This document shows positions 19,368 through 29,168 of a DNA stretch of 64,000 bases, piece after piece. A model generated the notes under the pieces. It ran no database searches. It saw only the letters and a list, made by a program, of their open reading frames with translations, and had not been told where the DNA came from. How positions within the stretch are numbered: the stretch's first letter is position 1; each line of letters starts with the position of its first letter. Source of the DNA: Candidatus Versatilivorator sp. (GTDB taxonomy: Bacteria > Acidobacteriota > Terriglobia > Versatilivoradales > Versatilivoraceae); NCBI GenBank assembly GCA_965207735.1, contig OZ242296.1, positions 5,056,001 to 5,120,000 on the forward strand, given 5' to 3'. A program made the position numbers and the translations under genes.

Positions 19368-19462
19368 CTAGGGTTTGCTCTGGTGAAGATGGGAACCTGT
19401 CTCCGCTGACAGCTCGACAGGATACACAGGAGAGACCGTTCCGGGCTGCCCGATCTGGGCGT

Positions 19463-19632
19463 GGCCGGCCGGGACCACAATCCCCGGGGCTTCAGTCTCT
19501 GGATGGCCGGTGGAGGAGTCAAGGGCGGAACGGTCCATGGCTCGACCGACGACTTCGGCTACCGGGCCGTGGAGAACCCGGTGAGCATCGAGGACCTGCA
19601 CGCCACCATCCTGCACCTGCTGGGCCTGCACA
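19463..19632 (+). pseudogene. 3' fragment of a DUF1501 gene
   Basis: Translates to [22 protein letters not shown]...[11 protein letters not shown]. Inverted near-copy of about 19805-19972 in the adjacent intact gene. Confidence 0.8.
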
Positions 19633-19714
19633 CAGAAGCCGAGCCGAATGGCGAAGGCTGATGCCGAGGGGGGCAATCGTGGCGTCCTGTCGGTGCGGGC
19701 TTCACCCCCACCCA

Positions 19715-21274
19715 TCACGCCAAAATTTCCCGGACGATTCTGGGTTCGTGGGTGGAGGTGAGCTTCTCGGTCAGGCCGCTGCGCTCGAAGAAGAGCTTTT
19801 CGTGGTGCAGGCCCAGCAGGTGCAGGATGGTGGCGTGCCAGTCGGCCACGCTGACGGGGTTTTCGACGGCCCGGTAGCCGAAGTCGTCGGTCGAGCCATG
19901 GACCGTTCCGCCCTTGACTCCTCCACCGGCCATCCAGACCGTGAAGGCGTAGGGATTGTGATCCCGGCCGGCGTCCTTGCCGTCGGCATGCTGCGCGATG
20001 GGCAGGCGTCCGAACTCACCGTTCCAGATCAGCAGGGTGCTGTCCAGCAGTCCACGCTGCTTCAGGTCATGGATCAGGGCGGCGACCGGCTGGTCGGTCT
20101 TCTTGCAGGCGGCTCGAATGTCGTTTTCGATGTGGTTGTGCATGTCCCAGATCTGGTTGTTGATATAGATCTGCACGAAGCGCACTCCCCGCTCCACCAG
20201 GCGGCGGGCCATGATGCAGCGCCGGGCATAGGAGTCGGGTCCGCCGATGGGATGGGTCCGCCCCCGGTATTGGGACTTCACCCCCACGCCGTACATGTCC
20301 AACGTTTCCTTACTCTCCCGGGAGAGGTCCAGGGCATCGGTGGCCGCCAACTGCATGCGGGCCGCCAGCTCGTAGCTGGCGATGCGGGCATCCAGCCGAG
20401 GTTGGCCCGGGCGGCCGCGTTTGTGGATATGGTCCAGCCGCCGCAACAGATCCTGGCCGGCCTTGACGAACGGGCGGGGCTCCTCGACCTCGGAACGCAG
20501 ATTCAGCAGGGGAGACCCGACGGAACGCACCGGCGTCCCCTGATAGAGCGGAGGCAGGTAACCGGCCTGCCAGCCCTGTGAGCCGTTCACCGGCGGCCCC
20601 ATGGGGTCTTCCAGCACCACGTAGGCGGGAAGGTTCCGGCTTTCGCTGCCCAGCCCGTAGGTCACCCAGGAGCCCAGGCTGGGGTGGCCTGGGAACATCT
20701 GACCCGAGTTGGCCATGAAGCAGGCGCCCCCATGATCGGGCGTGGTGGTGACCATGGAGCGGATAAAGGCCAGCTCGTCCACCTGCCCGGCCAGATGGGG
20801 CAGGACTTCCGACAGCCAGATGCCCGACTGCCCGTGGCGGGCGAACTTGAAGGGACTGCGCATCAGGGCCCCGGCGTCTTCGAGGTCCTGCACGTCGGCG
20901 GCGGCCATCTTGTCCAGGTAGGGCTGTCCGTGATGCTTGTCCAGCAGGGGCTTGGGGTCGAACAGGTCCATCTGGCTGGGGCCGCCGTTCATGAAGAAGT
21001 GAATGACGGCCTTGGCCTTGGGCTCGAAATGAGGGCGGCGGGGCTTGAGGTCGTACACCCGCCCGGCGGGGACAGACTTTGGGCCGGCGGACAGCGGGGC
21101 GTCTGCAAACAGCTCCCGGTTGAACAGATAGGCCAGGGCCGCACCCGCGATTCCGTCGGTCATATTGGAGAAGAAACCGCGGCGAGAAAGCAGCTGTCCC
21201 ATTGGCGATTTCCTGAGGGAATGAGGATCCATAGGGTCTACCGTGTTGGGGGACGGATCTGCCGGAGGCCGCAC
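19715..21274 (-). CDS. DUF1501 domain protein (Tat signal)
   Basis: SRRGFF, FMNGGPSQMDLFDPKP, ARRLVERGVRFVQ, GEFGR and GRDHNP. Start uncertain; alternative ATG at 21232. Confidence 0.9.
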   Translation of the reverse strand: MRPPADPSPNTVDPMDPHSLRKSPMGQLLSRRGFFSNMTDGIAGAALAYLFNRELFADAPLSAGPKSVPAGRVYDLKPRRPHFEPKAKAVIHFFMNGGPSQMDLFDPKPLLDKHHGQPYLDKMAAADVQDLEDAGALMRSPFKFARHGQSGIWLSEVLPHLAGQVDELAFIRSMVTTTPDHGGACFMANSGQMFPGHPSLGSWVTYGLGSESRNLPAYVVLEDPMGPPVNGSQGWQAGYLPPLYQGTPVRSVGSPLLNLRSEVEEPRPFVKAGQDLLRRLDHIHKRGRPGQPRLDARIASYELAARMQLAATDALDLSRESKETLDMYGVGVKSQYRGRTHPIGGPDSYARRCIMARRLVERGVRFVQIYINNQIWDMHNHIENDIRAACKKTDQPVAALIHDLKQRGLLDSTLLIWNGEFGRLPIAQHADGKDAGRDHNPYAFTVWMAGGGVKGGTVHGSTDDFGYRAVENPVSVADWHATILHLLGLHHEKLFFERSGLTEKLTSTHEPRIVREILA

Positions 21275-21292
21275 CTCCGAGGCTCGGCCGGG

Positions 21293-24200
21293 TCAATCGA
21301 TATAAAGGAACCCTGCCGAGTTTAAAAGAGTGTGACAGAACTTGGCAAGCGCCTGCCGGGAAACTTCCTCTTCCCCGCCACTGCCTGCACGTTTCTCCAG
21401 CTCCTCCAGCGCCTGCCGGCTGACGGTTTTCTCCTCCGGTGTCGGCGGCCGGTTTAGCACGATCCAGTAGGCCTGTTCGATCCGTCGGGCCGGGTCGCTG
21501 CCGGCCACTCTTCGCACTCTCTCGGCCAGGGAGTCCGCCAACTGGCGCACGGTCGGGTCGTTGAGCAGGTGCAGGGCCTGGGGCACCACCGTGGATTCGA
21601 CCCGCTCCAGGCAGTTGGGGGTCATCTCGGGAAAGTCGAAGGTGTCCAGGATGGTGGGGTTGCTGGTCCCCATGCGGTGGCTGGTCTGCTGAGTGATGTA
21701 GATGCTCCGGCGCCATCCCCCGGGGGTCGGGACCGCGGTGGCCAGGCCGTCCTTCCGCTGCAGGACCGGGTCGGGCAATCCTCCCGGCGTCTGGTCCAGG
21801 CGGTCCGAGATCAGGAAAAGGGTGTCCCGCAACACCTCGGCATCCATGCGGCGCAGGGGCATCCGGGAGAGCCGGAGATTCTCGGGATCCAGCCGCTCAT
21901 GCTGCGGCGTCACCTTCGAGCTCTGCCGGTAGGTGGCCGAGGTCATGATCAGACGATGCATGGCCTTGGGACTCCAGTTCTGCCGGATGAACTCCAGAGC
22001 CAGCCAATCCAGTAGTTCGGGATGGGTCGGCCGGGCGCCGGTTCGGCCGAAATTTCCCAGCGTGCTGACGATGCCCCGGCCGAAATGGTGCTTCCAGATG
22101 CGATTGACCATGACCCTGGCCGTAAGGGGATGGTCGGGCCCCACCAGCCAGCGGGCCAGGGCCAGGCGGCGGCCGGTCTTTTGCGCTCCTTCCCAGGGGG
22201 GGGTGATTTCCAAGGGCGAATGTCCCTGCGTCAGAACCGCCGGGACCCCCGGTTCCACCCAGCGGCCGGGGCTCATGGGATCGCCCCGCCTCAGGATGTA
22301 GGTGGGCGAAGGGCTCCCGCGATCCCACAAGGCCCGAATCAGGGGTTCGGGTCTGAGTTTGGCCCTGAGCAGCTTGACCTTCCCGGCGGTTTTCTCCGAT
22401 GCCTTGCGGTAGTCCGGATCGATGTCTTCCAGGTCGCTGAATCGAATCTTCAGACCCTGTTCATACTTGCTGGCCAGTTCCTTCTGGGCCGGGGTTCGAT
22501 CCTCGGGCGGGGTGTCCAGCATTTCGCGCAGGTCCGGTCGCAGGGCCTCGGGCATCTCGGCCAGCCTCAGGTTGATGAACCTTTCCTCCACCGGCTTGGC
22601 CTTCTGCTTGAGCGCGGCTTGCAGGGTTTCGATTTCACCGTTGATCTTGCTGTTGTGGGCCTCGCGCCTGGAACGTTCTTCATGGAGCCGAAATGGGTTT
22701 GCCGCCGGCGTGAAGAAGGGCAGCAGCCGTTTCTCCTTGGCCAGCATGGGACGGTTGGGATCGTCGGTAATGGCCGGGGGCAGCCAGTCGTGCTCGTCGA
22801 AGGCCCCTTTGAACAGGGCGGCCAAGCGGTAGTAGTCCCGCTGCGGGATGGGGTCGAACTTGTGGTTGTGGCAGCGGGCGCAGCCCATGGTCAGCCCCAG
22901 CAGGCTGGAGCTGAAGATCTGGATCTGCTCGTTGATGACCTGGATGCGGTGGGACACGAAGTTGGTCAGGCGGTTGCCGGTCTCGTCGTTCACCATTCTC
23001 AGGAAACCGGTGGCGATCAGGTTGTCCATGGCTTCCCGAGTGAGGACGGGCTGGCTGGACAGGTCGGCCAACTCGTCGCCGGCCAGTTGCTCCAGCAGGA
23101 AGCGGTCGTAGGGCTTGCCGGCGTTGAGCGAGCGAATGACGTAGTCCCGGTAGCGCCAGGCATGGCGGCGGTCGGAATAGCCGACCAGGTCCAGCCAGTG
23201 GCGGCCCCAGCGCTCCCCGAAGCGGGGTGAGTCCAGCAGCCGCTCGATGAGGGCCTCGTAGGCGGCGGGGTCGGGGTCGGCCAGGAACCGCCGAATCTCC
23301 TCGGGTTCCGGCGGCAGTCCGGTCAGGTCGAAGCTGGCGCGCCGGATCAGGGTGAGGCGGTCGGCCTCGGGCGAGAGGCGGAGTCCTTTTTCCTCGAGCC
23401 CGGCAGAAATGAATGCATCCACCGGGTTGCGCAGCCGGGATGGCTCGGCCGAGTCCGGCATAGGCGGCAGGGTCGCTCTCGGCGGCTGGAAGGACCAGAA
23501 GCGGCGGTCCTCTTCGCTCACAAGCGGATCGGACCCGTTCTCTTCATTCCGATCGTTGCCGTTCACTTCCGGGGCGCCCAGGGAGATCCAGCGGACGAGC
23601 TGCTCCAGCCCTCGGGAACTCATGGGCCGCAGGCTGGCCTCCACTTCTCGTTCGCTGGGAGGCATCTCCCGGGCCCGGATCCGTTGAACGATCAGGCTCT
23701 CTTTCGGCTTGCCGGGCACGATGGCCGGTCCCGATTTGCCACCCTTCAGCATGGAAGCCTTGCTGCGCAGGTCCAGGCCCGCCTCCTGGATGCGCTGCCC
23801 GTGACAGGCGGTGCAGTGCAGCAGCATCAGGGGGATGACCTCCCGCTGGCTGACCATTGGAAGTTGGGATTGGGAGGCATGCGGGTGCTCGGTCGAACCG
23901 GGAACAGGCAGCGAGGCGATCCAGGTCTGGAGGGTGGCTATCTCCGATGGAGAGGGTTCCGTCTGCTTGTCCGGCGGCATCTGCCCCTTGTGGACCATCC
24001 GGTAGAGCGGACTCTCCTGGGGCCGGCCGGGGACCAGCACGCTGCCCGAGGCGCTGCCCTGGAAAAGGGCGGCTTCCGTGCTCAGGTCGAGGCCGGCCAG
24101 ACGGGCTTCGGCGTTGTGGCAGCGCAGACAGTGGGTCTGCAGGATGGGAAACAGGTCGGCTTGAAACTCGGGGGGAGGGGCAGGGGAGACCGGTTCCGAA

Positions 24201-24352
24201 GTTGCCGCGACGGGGGCATCGAGCGGCGTCAGGCCGGGGGGAATCAGCAGCAGACCGGCCAGAACGGTTGCCGGCCCCACGGCTGAGGAAGCCAGAGACC
24301 CGCAGTTCCGTTTCCAGACTTTTCTGACAGAGCCTATCGCCATTTCCAGCAC
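21293..24352 (-). CDS. Planctomycete-type cytochrome c / DUF1549-DUF1553 protein
   Basis: Three CxxCH motifs (CLRCH, CTACH, CARCH), GERWGRHWLD, TARVMVNRIW and PTHPELLDWLA. Confidence 0.92.
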   Translation of the reverse strand: MLEMAIGSVRKVWKRNCGSLASSAVGPATVLAGLLLIPPGLTPLDAPVAATSEPVSPAPPPEFQADLFPILQTHCLRCHNAEARLAGLDLSTEAALFQGSASGSVLVPGRPQESPLYRMVHKGQMPPDKQTEPSPSEIATLQTWIASLPVPGSTEHPHASQSQLPMVSQREVIPLMLLHCTACHGQRIQEAGLDLRSKASMLKGGKSGPAIVPGKPKESLIVQRIRAREMPPSEREVEASLRPMSSRGLEQLVRWISLGAPEVNGNDRNEENGSDPLVSEEDRRFWSFQPPRATLPPMPDSAEPSRLRNPVDAFISAGLEEKGLRLSPEADRLTLIRRASFDLTGLPPEPEEIRRFLADPDPAAYEALIERLLDSPRFGERWGRHWLDLVGYSDRRHAWRYRDYVIRSLNAGKPYDRFLLEQLAGDELADLSSQPVLTREAMDNLIATGFLRMVNDETGNRLTNFVSHRIQVINEQIQIFSSSLLGLTMGCARCHNHKFDPIPQRDYYRLAALFKGAFDEHDWLPPAITDDPNRPMLAKEKRLLPFFTPAANPFRLHEERSRREAHNSKINGEIETLQAALKQKAKPVEERFINLRLAEMPEALRPDLREMLDTPPEDRTPAQKELASKYEQGLKIRFSDLEDIDPDYRKASEKTAGKVKLLRAKLRPEPLIRALWDRGSPSPTYILRRGDPMSPGRWVEPGVPAVLTQGHSPLEITPPWEGAQKTGRRLALARWLVGPDHPLTARVMVNRIWKHHFGRGIVSTLGNFGRTGARPTHPELLDWLALEFIRQNWSPKAMHRLIMTSATYRQSSKVTPQHERLDPENLRLSRMPLRRMDAEVLRDTLFLISDRLDQTPGGLPDPVLQRKDGLATAVPTPGGWRRSIYITQQTSHRMGTSNPTILDTFDFPEMTPNCLERVESTVVPQALHLLNDPTVRQLADSLAERVRRVAGSDPARRIEQAYWIVLNRPPTPEEKTVSRQALEELEKRAGSGGEEEVSRQALAKFCHTLLNSAGFLYID

Positions 24353-24450
24353 GACTTGATCTCCCGCTTCCGGGACTCAGCCGGGTTCATTTTCTGCGGA
24401 CCGCGGAATGCGCGTGTTGGCCCGGACCCGCCACCCCGGCGGGAGGCAGA

Positions 24451-25200
24451 TTACTTCAGGGGACGGATGCGCACGTTGCGATAAGCCACCGGTCCGTGGT
24501 CGCCCTGGAGCATCAAGGGACCCTTGGGGGCCTCCGGGATGGGCATGTGGGCGCTGTTGGGGCCTTCCATCTCGACGTTTTCGTGGATGACGTGCCCGTT
24601 GTAGCGGACTTCCAGGAACCTGGCGTTCTCGATTTTGTTCCCGTTGGTATCGAAGCGGGGCGCTCGGAATTTGATGTCGAAGGCCTGCCACTCCCCCGGG
24701 GGCTTGCAGGCGTTCATGCGGGGAGGGGTGCCCCCGATCCACTCGTCGTTGATTTTTCGCGCGTAGAAGCCGCCCGACATGGAGAAGACGATGTCCGGCC
24801 TGCCGTAGTCGTCCTGCACCTGCACTTCATAGAGTCCCATCAGGAAGACTCCCGAGTTGGACTTGTAGGACACATTGAACTCGACGTGGACTTCCACATC
24901 GCCGAATTTTTCCAGCGTGACCAGGTTCTGGGTTCTGCCGGTCTTGCCGTTGACGAAGATCCCCTTGCCGGGCTCGGCCAAAAAGAAGCGGTTTTCCTTC
25001 CCTGTGAGGTGAACCGCCATGGCCGTGCGCCATTCGTGGGGCTTGGAGGGGTCCTGGGCCTGCCATCCCTCCAGGCTCTGGCCGTCGACCAGTGTCCGCC
25101 AGCCATGGGACGAGGCGGAAAGGATGCCGGCATCCTGGACGGAGAGCAGGGTTAGCATCAGGCAGGAGAGGACAAGAAACAGAATCCGGTGGATTGTCAT
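24451..25200 (-). CDS. DUF1080 / 3-keto-disaccharide hydrolase-like secreted protein
   Basis: Signal peptide; SNSGVFL, YEVQV, GEWQ and LQGDHGPVAYRNVRIR. Confidence 0.88.
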   Translation of the reverse strand: MTIHRILFLVLSCLMLTLLSVQDAGILSASSHGWRTLVDGQSLEGWQAQDPSKPHEWRTAMAVHLTGKENRFFLAEPGKGIFVNGKTGRTQNLVTLEKFGDVEVHVEFNVSYKSNSGVFLMGLYEVQVQDDYGRPDIVFSMSGGFYARKINDEWIGGTPPRMNACKPPGEWQAFDIKFRAPRFDTNGNKIENARFLEVRYNGHVIHENVEMEGPNSAHMPIPEAPKGPLMLQGDHGPVAYRNVRIRPLK

Positions 25201-25427
25201 GGGTGCTCCGTGAGCGAAGAGGTTCGATTTCTTCCGAGGGGATTCATTTTACTAGAACTGGACTGTGAGGAACCACCAATTGCTTGTCCAACGGGAAGAA
25301 CCCGGCTTGGTTATCCTGTCTCCCCCTCCGGAGCAAGCGCATTCCAGTGGAGATCGGTTTTCCGGTTTGAACGAATCCGGATCCGGCCAGTGCTTGGGTT
25401 CCCGCCCCACCGCCCGCGACGCAACCC

Positions 25428-28400
25428 CTACTCCTGGCTGAGGAGGAAAGCGCCGTCGCCGCTACGTTCGCCGGGCCTGCCGCCGTCGTTGATCACGCCA
25501 TAGGCAACGAAGGGATTGTTGCCCGAGACCTTCCTGACCTGAACGTACCCCTGACTGATCTTGCCTAGAATCCCGTTCTCCTGAGTCCAACGGCGGGGAG
25601 CGAGCGTCACGCTTTTCGTTCTCGGTCGGGACTCCCCGCTGCCGTCGTAAATGGTGATCTCGAAAGTGCTGGAGCTGTCGTCGATTTCGCCCGTATTGAC
25701 CAGGGCCAGGTTGCTGCGGTTCTCCGCGTTCTGCTGCAACCCGTAGATCCAGGCGCTCTCCGTTGAAGCCGAGCCATAGGGCACCCCGTTGTAGAAGAGG
25801 CTGTACTGTCCCCCTCTATTGTCCGGAGCCCCCGTCCTCGCTCCGATCACGACCCCGCTCAGGTCGCCCTGGGCCGGTGTGGCGAATAGCGCTCCCACAA
25901 AGGCTCGGTTGGCCTGAACGATTCCCTCCACCTCCCGACGCCGCAGTTCCTCCACGATGTCGGGCAGGATAAGCTGCTGCCCGGCCTCCAGCTCCAGGCT
26001 GAACGTTGCCGTGTCGTCGCCCCTGTCAACCGCATCGGCCACGAAGCTGAATTTGACGGTCTTCTCCGTGACCGAGAAGTTGGTGACGGTCAGCTCGCTC
26101 TGGAAGTTGCCGGTGTCGATGATGACCGGCAGGGTCTGTCCACTCTTGCCCACCAGGGAGGATTCGGTCACCGGAAAGACGAAGGAGCCGTCCGAGTTGA
26201 AATTGTCGTTGATGACCCCGTAAACGTAGAAGGGGGCTGTCCCGCTCACTCGTTCGACCCTTACATAGCCATTTCGGTAACCGGCCGCGTTCAGGACTTG
26301 GTTGTACTGATGGAATCCCCCCGGAGGCAGTCTGCGGTCGGGTAAGACCATGCTCACTCCCGCTGACGCCGCGTCCCCGGAGAAGACCGTCAGCCTCAGG
26401 GTGATGGCTCCGTCGTTTAAGCCTCCGGCGTGCTGAACGGCCAGGTTGGAGCGGTCCTGGCTGTTCTGACGCAATCCGGCAATGACGGCGGAGCCCGTCA
26501 GCAGCCCCCCAGGGCTCAATCCCACGTATGACAAGCCGGCGCGTCCTCGTCCCTCCTCTACCGGAGTGCTGACCCTCAGGGTGACCGCGGCATCCGAAGC
26601 GGAGGAAAGATTGGAGAAATCGACCTGCAGGGTCCCACCCACTGAACCGCCCCCGATGGGAACGCCCAGGGAGGTCAGGTAGGCGATGGCATCGGGAACG
26701 ATCCGTTGCCGGCCGGCTCCCAGGGAATCCATGGCCGTGCCCGTGCCTCCTCCGAAGGCCGCCGTGTAAACGTACCTGATGTCTGCCGTGGTGTTCCCCC
26801 GGTTGGTAAGGGTCATCTCGGAAGTAAAGAAGGAGCCCGCCCGGCCCATGGCCCTCAGTACGATGGGCACGAACAAGCGGCTGTGGCCTCCGCTCGTCAC
26901 GGTGAAGGATTCGGCACTCACCGCCGTCCCGCCCGGCGTGACCACGCTGATCGGTCCGCTGGTGGCATCCGGTGGCGCGAAAGCCAGGATTGTGGAGGCC
27001 GACTGAACCCGGAACTGGAGGCTGCTCACCCCGTTGAACAGGACGGCAGTGGCGCCCAGGAAATGGGCGCCGGTGAGAGTGACCCGGGTTCCCGGCGGAC
27101 CCCATAGTGGATCAAAGCCGGTCACGGTAGGTGGAAGCGCTTTTGACGTGGTCGCCCTGGCCTCGTTGGAGAAGACCGAAGCAGTTATGTCGTTGAAGGC
27201 TTGCAGGCGGTAATGGTAGAGAGTGGTCGGCAACAATCCTTCGTCGGAAAACCGGGTGGCGTTGGCGGGTGCGATTGCGATTTCAACCCAATCCATCGAG
27301 GCTTCTCGCCGTCGCTGTACCCTGAAACCCGTCTCATCGGCGCTGTTGTCCTGCCAGGCCAGGTCGATCCGGGATGAGGAAACCGCCGCGGCTTTCAGGT
27401 TGGTGGGAGGCGGCACCGGGACAACTCGCTTCAAGATTCGAACGCGGTGGTTCAGGGTGTCGGTGATGTAGATATTGCCGGCAGCGTCCACGGCCACGTC
27501 GTGGGGATTCCATAGCTGCGCCTGGACTGCCGGGCCGTTGTCACCGCTGTAGCCCCTTGTATCGGTGCCGGCGATGGTGGTGATGGTCCCGGAGGAATCC
27601 ACCCGGCGGATGCGGTCGTTACCCGTGTCGGCTATGTAGAGGTTTCCCTCGCCGCCCACCGCCACGCCTTGAGGCTCGAACAAAGACGCCTCGACGGCTG
27701 GCCCGCCGTCCCCCGGTCCGTCGCCGTACTCCCCGATCCCGGCGACGGTGGTGATGATTCCGGAGGGATCCACCCGGCGGATGCGGTCGTTACCCAAATC
27801 GGCTATGTAGAGGCTTCCCTCGCCGTCCACCGCCACGCCTCGAGGCCCCTTCAAAGACGCCTCGACGGCCGGCCCGCCGTCCCCCGGTCCGTCGCCGTAC
27901 TCCCCGATCCCGGCGACGGTGGTGATGATTCCGGAGGGATCCACCCGGCGGATGCGGTCGTTACCCAAATCGGCTATGTAGAGGCTTCCCTCGCCGTCCA
28001 CCGCCACGCCTCGAGGCCCCTTCAAAGACGCCTCGACGGCCGGCCCGCCGTCCCCCACATCTGACCCGAATCTCCCTGCGTCCCTCGCGTAAGTGGTGAT
28101 GGTCCCGGAGGGATCCACCCGGCGAACGCTGAATTGGCTGCCAACTGAGAAATAGAGGTTGCCGGTGCGGTCCACGGTCACGCGTTCGGTAGTGCCTATT
28201 GCCGCTTGGACGGCCGGTCCACCATCCCCGCTGGGTCCCTCCTCCCCGGTGCCGGCGAAGGTGGTGATGATTCCCGAGGGATCCACCTGGCGTATGCGGC
28301 GGTTGTTGGAATCGGCGATGTAGAGATTGCCGGCGCGGTCCACGGCCACGCCACGGGGAAATTGTAGCTGTGCCCGGCTTGCCGGGCCGTTGTCACCGCT

Positions 28401-28724
28401 GTAGCCCCTCGTACCGGTTCCAGCGATGGTGGTGATGGTCCCGGAGGGATCCACCCGGCGGATGCGGTGGTTACTGACGTCGGCGATGTAGAGATTGCCG
28501 TCGGGGTCGACAGCCAAGCCGTGAGGTCGGGCCAACTGCGCGTCGACAGCCGGCCCGCCGTCTCCGCTGAAACCGCGCTTTCCGTTCCCGGCGACCGTAT
28601 CAATGGTGTAGTAGACCTCGGATTCCTGTGAATCGTCTTGCGCCCAGCATAGGGGCCCGGCCGCCAACACTGCCAGCATCCCGCACAGGCAGAATTTCAC
28701 CAGCAACAACGTCGACTGTTTCAT
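25428..28724 (-). CDS. Secreted NHL-repeat protein with FN3 and IPT/TIG domains and a repeated C-terminal domain
   Basis: Signal peptide and about 7 GDGGPA...LYIAD..N.RIRRVD repeats. FN3-like LAWQDNSADETGFRVQR, TIG-like PPGTRVTLTG, and two SxLT/RSNLA/YGVINDx..SDG modules. Confidence 0.88.
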   Translation of the reverse strand: MKQSTLLLVKFCLCGMLAVLAAGPLCWAQDDSQESEVYYTIDTVAGNGKRGFSGDGGPAVDAQLARPHGLAVDPDGNLYIADVSNHRIRRVDPSGTITTIAGTGTRGYSGDNGPASRAQLQFPRGVAVDRAGNLYIADSNNRRIRQVDPSGIITTFAGTGEEGPSGDGGPAVQAAIGTTERVTVDRTGNLYFSVGSQFSVRRVDPSGTITTYARDAGRFGSDVGDGGPAVEASLKGPRGVAVDGEGSLYIADLGNDRIRRVDPSGIITTVAGIGEYGDGPGDGGPAVEASLKGPRGVAVDGEGSLYIADLGNDRIRRVDPSGIITTVAGIGEYGDGPGDGGPAVEASLFEPQGVAVGGEGNLYIADTGNDRIRRVDSSGTITTIAGTDTRGYSGDNGPAVQAQLWNPHDVAVDAAGNIYITDTLNHRVRILKRVVPVPPPTNLKAAAVSSSRIDLAWQDNSADETGFRVQRRREASMDWVEIAIAPANATRFSDEGLLPTTLYHYRLQAFNDITASVFSNEARATTSKALPPTVTGFDPLWGPPGTRVTLTGAHFLGATAVLFNGVSSLQFRVQSASTILAFAPPDATSGPISVVTPGGTAVSAESFTVTSGGHSRLFVPIVLRAMGRAGSFFTSEMTLTNRGNTTADIRYVYTAAFGGGTGTAMDSLGAGRQRIVPDAIAYLTSLGVPIGGGSVGGTLQVDFSNLSSASDAAVTLRVSTPVEEGRGRAGLSYVGLSPGGLLTGSAVIAGLRQNSQDRSNLAVQHAGGLNDGAITLRLTVFSGDAASAGVSMVLPDRRLPPGGFHQYNQVLNAAGYRNGYVRVERVSGTAPFYVYGVINDNFNSDGSFVFPVTESSLVGKSGQTLPVIIDTGNFQSELTVTNFSVTEKTVKFSFVADAVDRGDDTATFSLELEAGQQLILPDIVEELRRREVEGIVQANRAFVGALFATPAQGDLSGVVIGARTGAPDNRGGQYSLFYNGVPYGSASTESAWIYGLQQNAENRSNLALVNTGEIDDSSSTFEITIYDGSGESRPRTKSVTLAPRRWTQENGILGKISQGYVQVRKVSGNNPFVAYGVINDGGRPGERSGDGAFLLSQE
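27681..28055. repeat. Near-perfect 171-bp intragenic tandem repeat (about 2.2 copies)
   Basis: CAAAGACGCC recurs at 27681, 27852 and 28023. A 57-aa NHL unit is duplicated exactly in the protein. Confidence 0.92.
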
Positions 28725-29168
28725 CGGTTGGTGCCTTTCGCTCGAAGAGGGCGGTGTTGAGGGTTCGTTTCCGCCTTGCCGATGCGGGTGGGTGGACAGG
28801 TGGCAGAATATTGTATCGCGCCTGGATTGGCAAGGGCAGGTGGGAGCGATCGGACCCGCCGTTCAATTGAGAAGACGATGGGCCGCCCGCGAGGGATGCT
28901 TTGGATTGGGTGCTCGCCACTTTCGTGGTTGAGTCGACCAGCGGTTCCCTGTTGGAAATTCGCACGATGGAACCCTCGTCTTTCTACCCTTGTTCCCGGG
29001 TCGGTTTTGTGAATCTCGACCGCCCACCGAGGGCTGTGGCGTTCTTGCCAATACTTCGGCGAGTCGGGCCCAGCGCCCCTCCGGCGTAGGATTGACATTC
29101 CCGGAGAGGAAACATAGGATGGGTGCCCTCGCAAGGCACCTTTTCTTCAAAACTCCAGGAGATTCCCA

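Noticed and set aside
19463-19972. Possible diversity-generating retroelement TR/VR pair
   Set aside because: Mismatches are not adenine-specific, the copies are inverted, and no RT gene is present.
27681-28055. Possible CRISPR array
   Set aside because: It is an in-frame 171-bp coding repeat with no unique spacers, and no cas genes are present.
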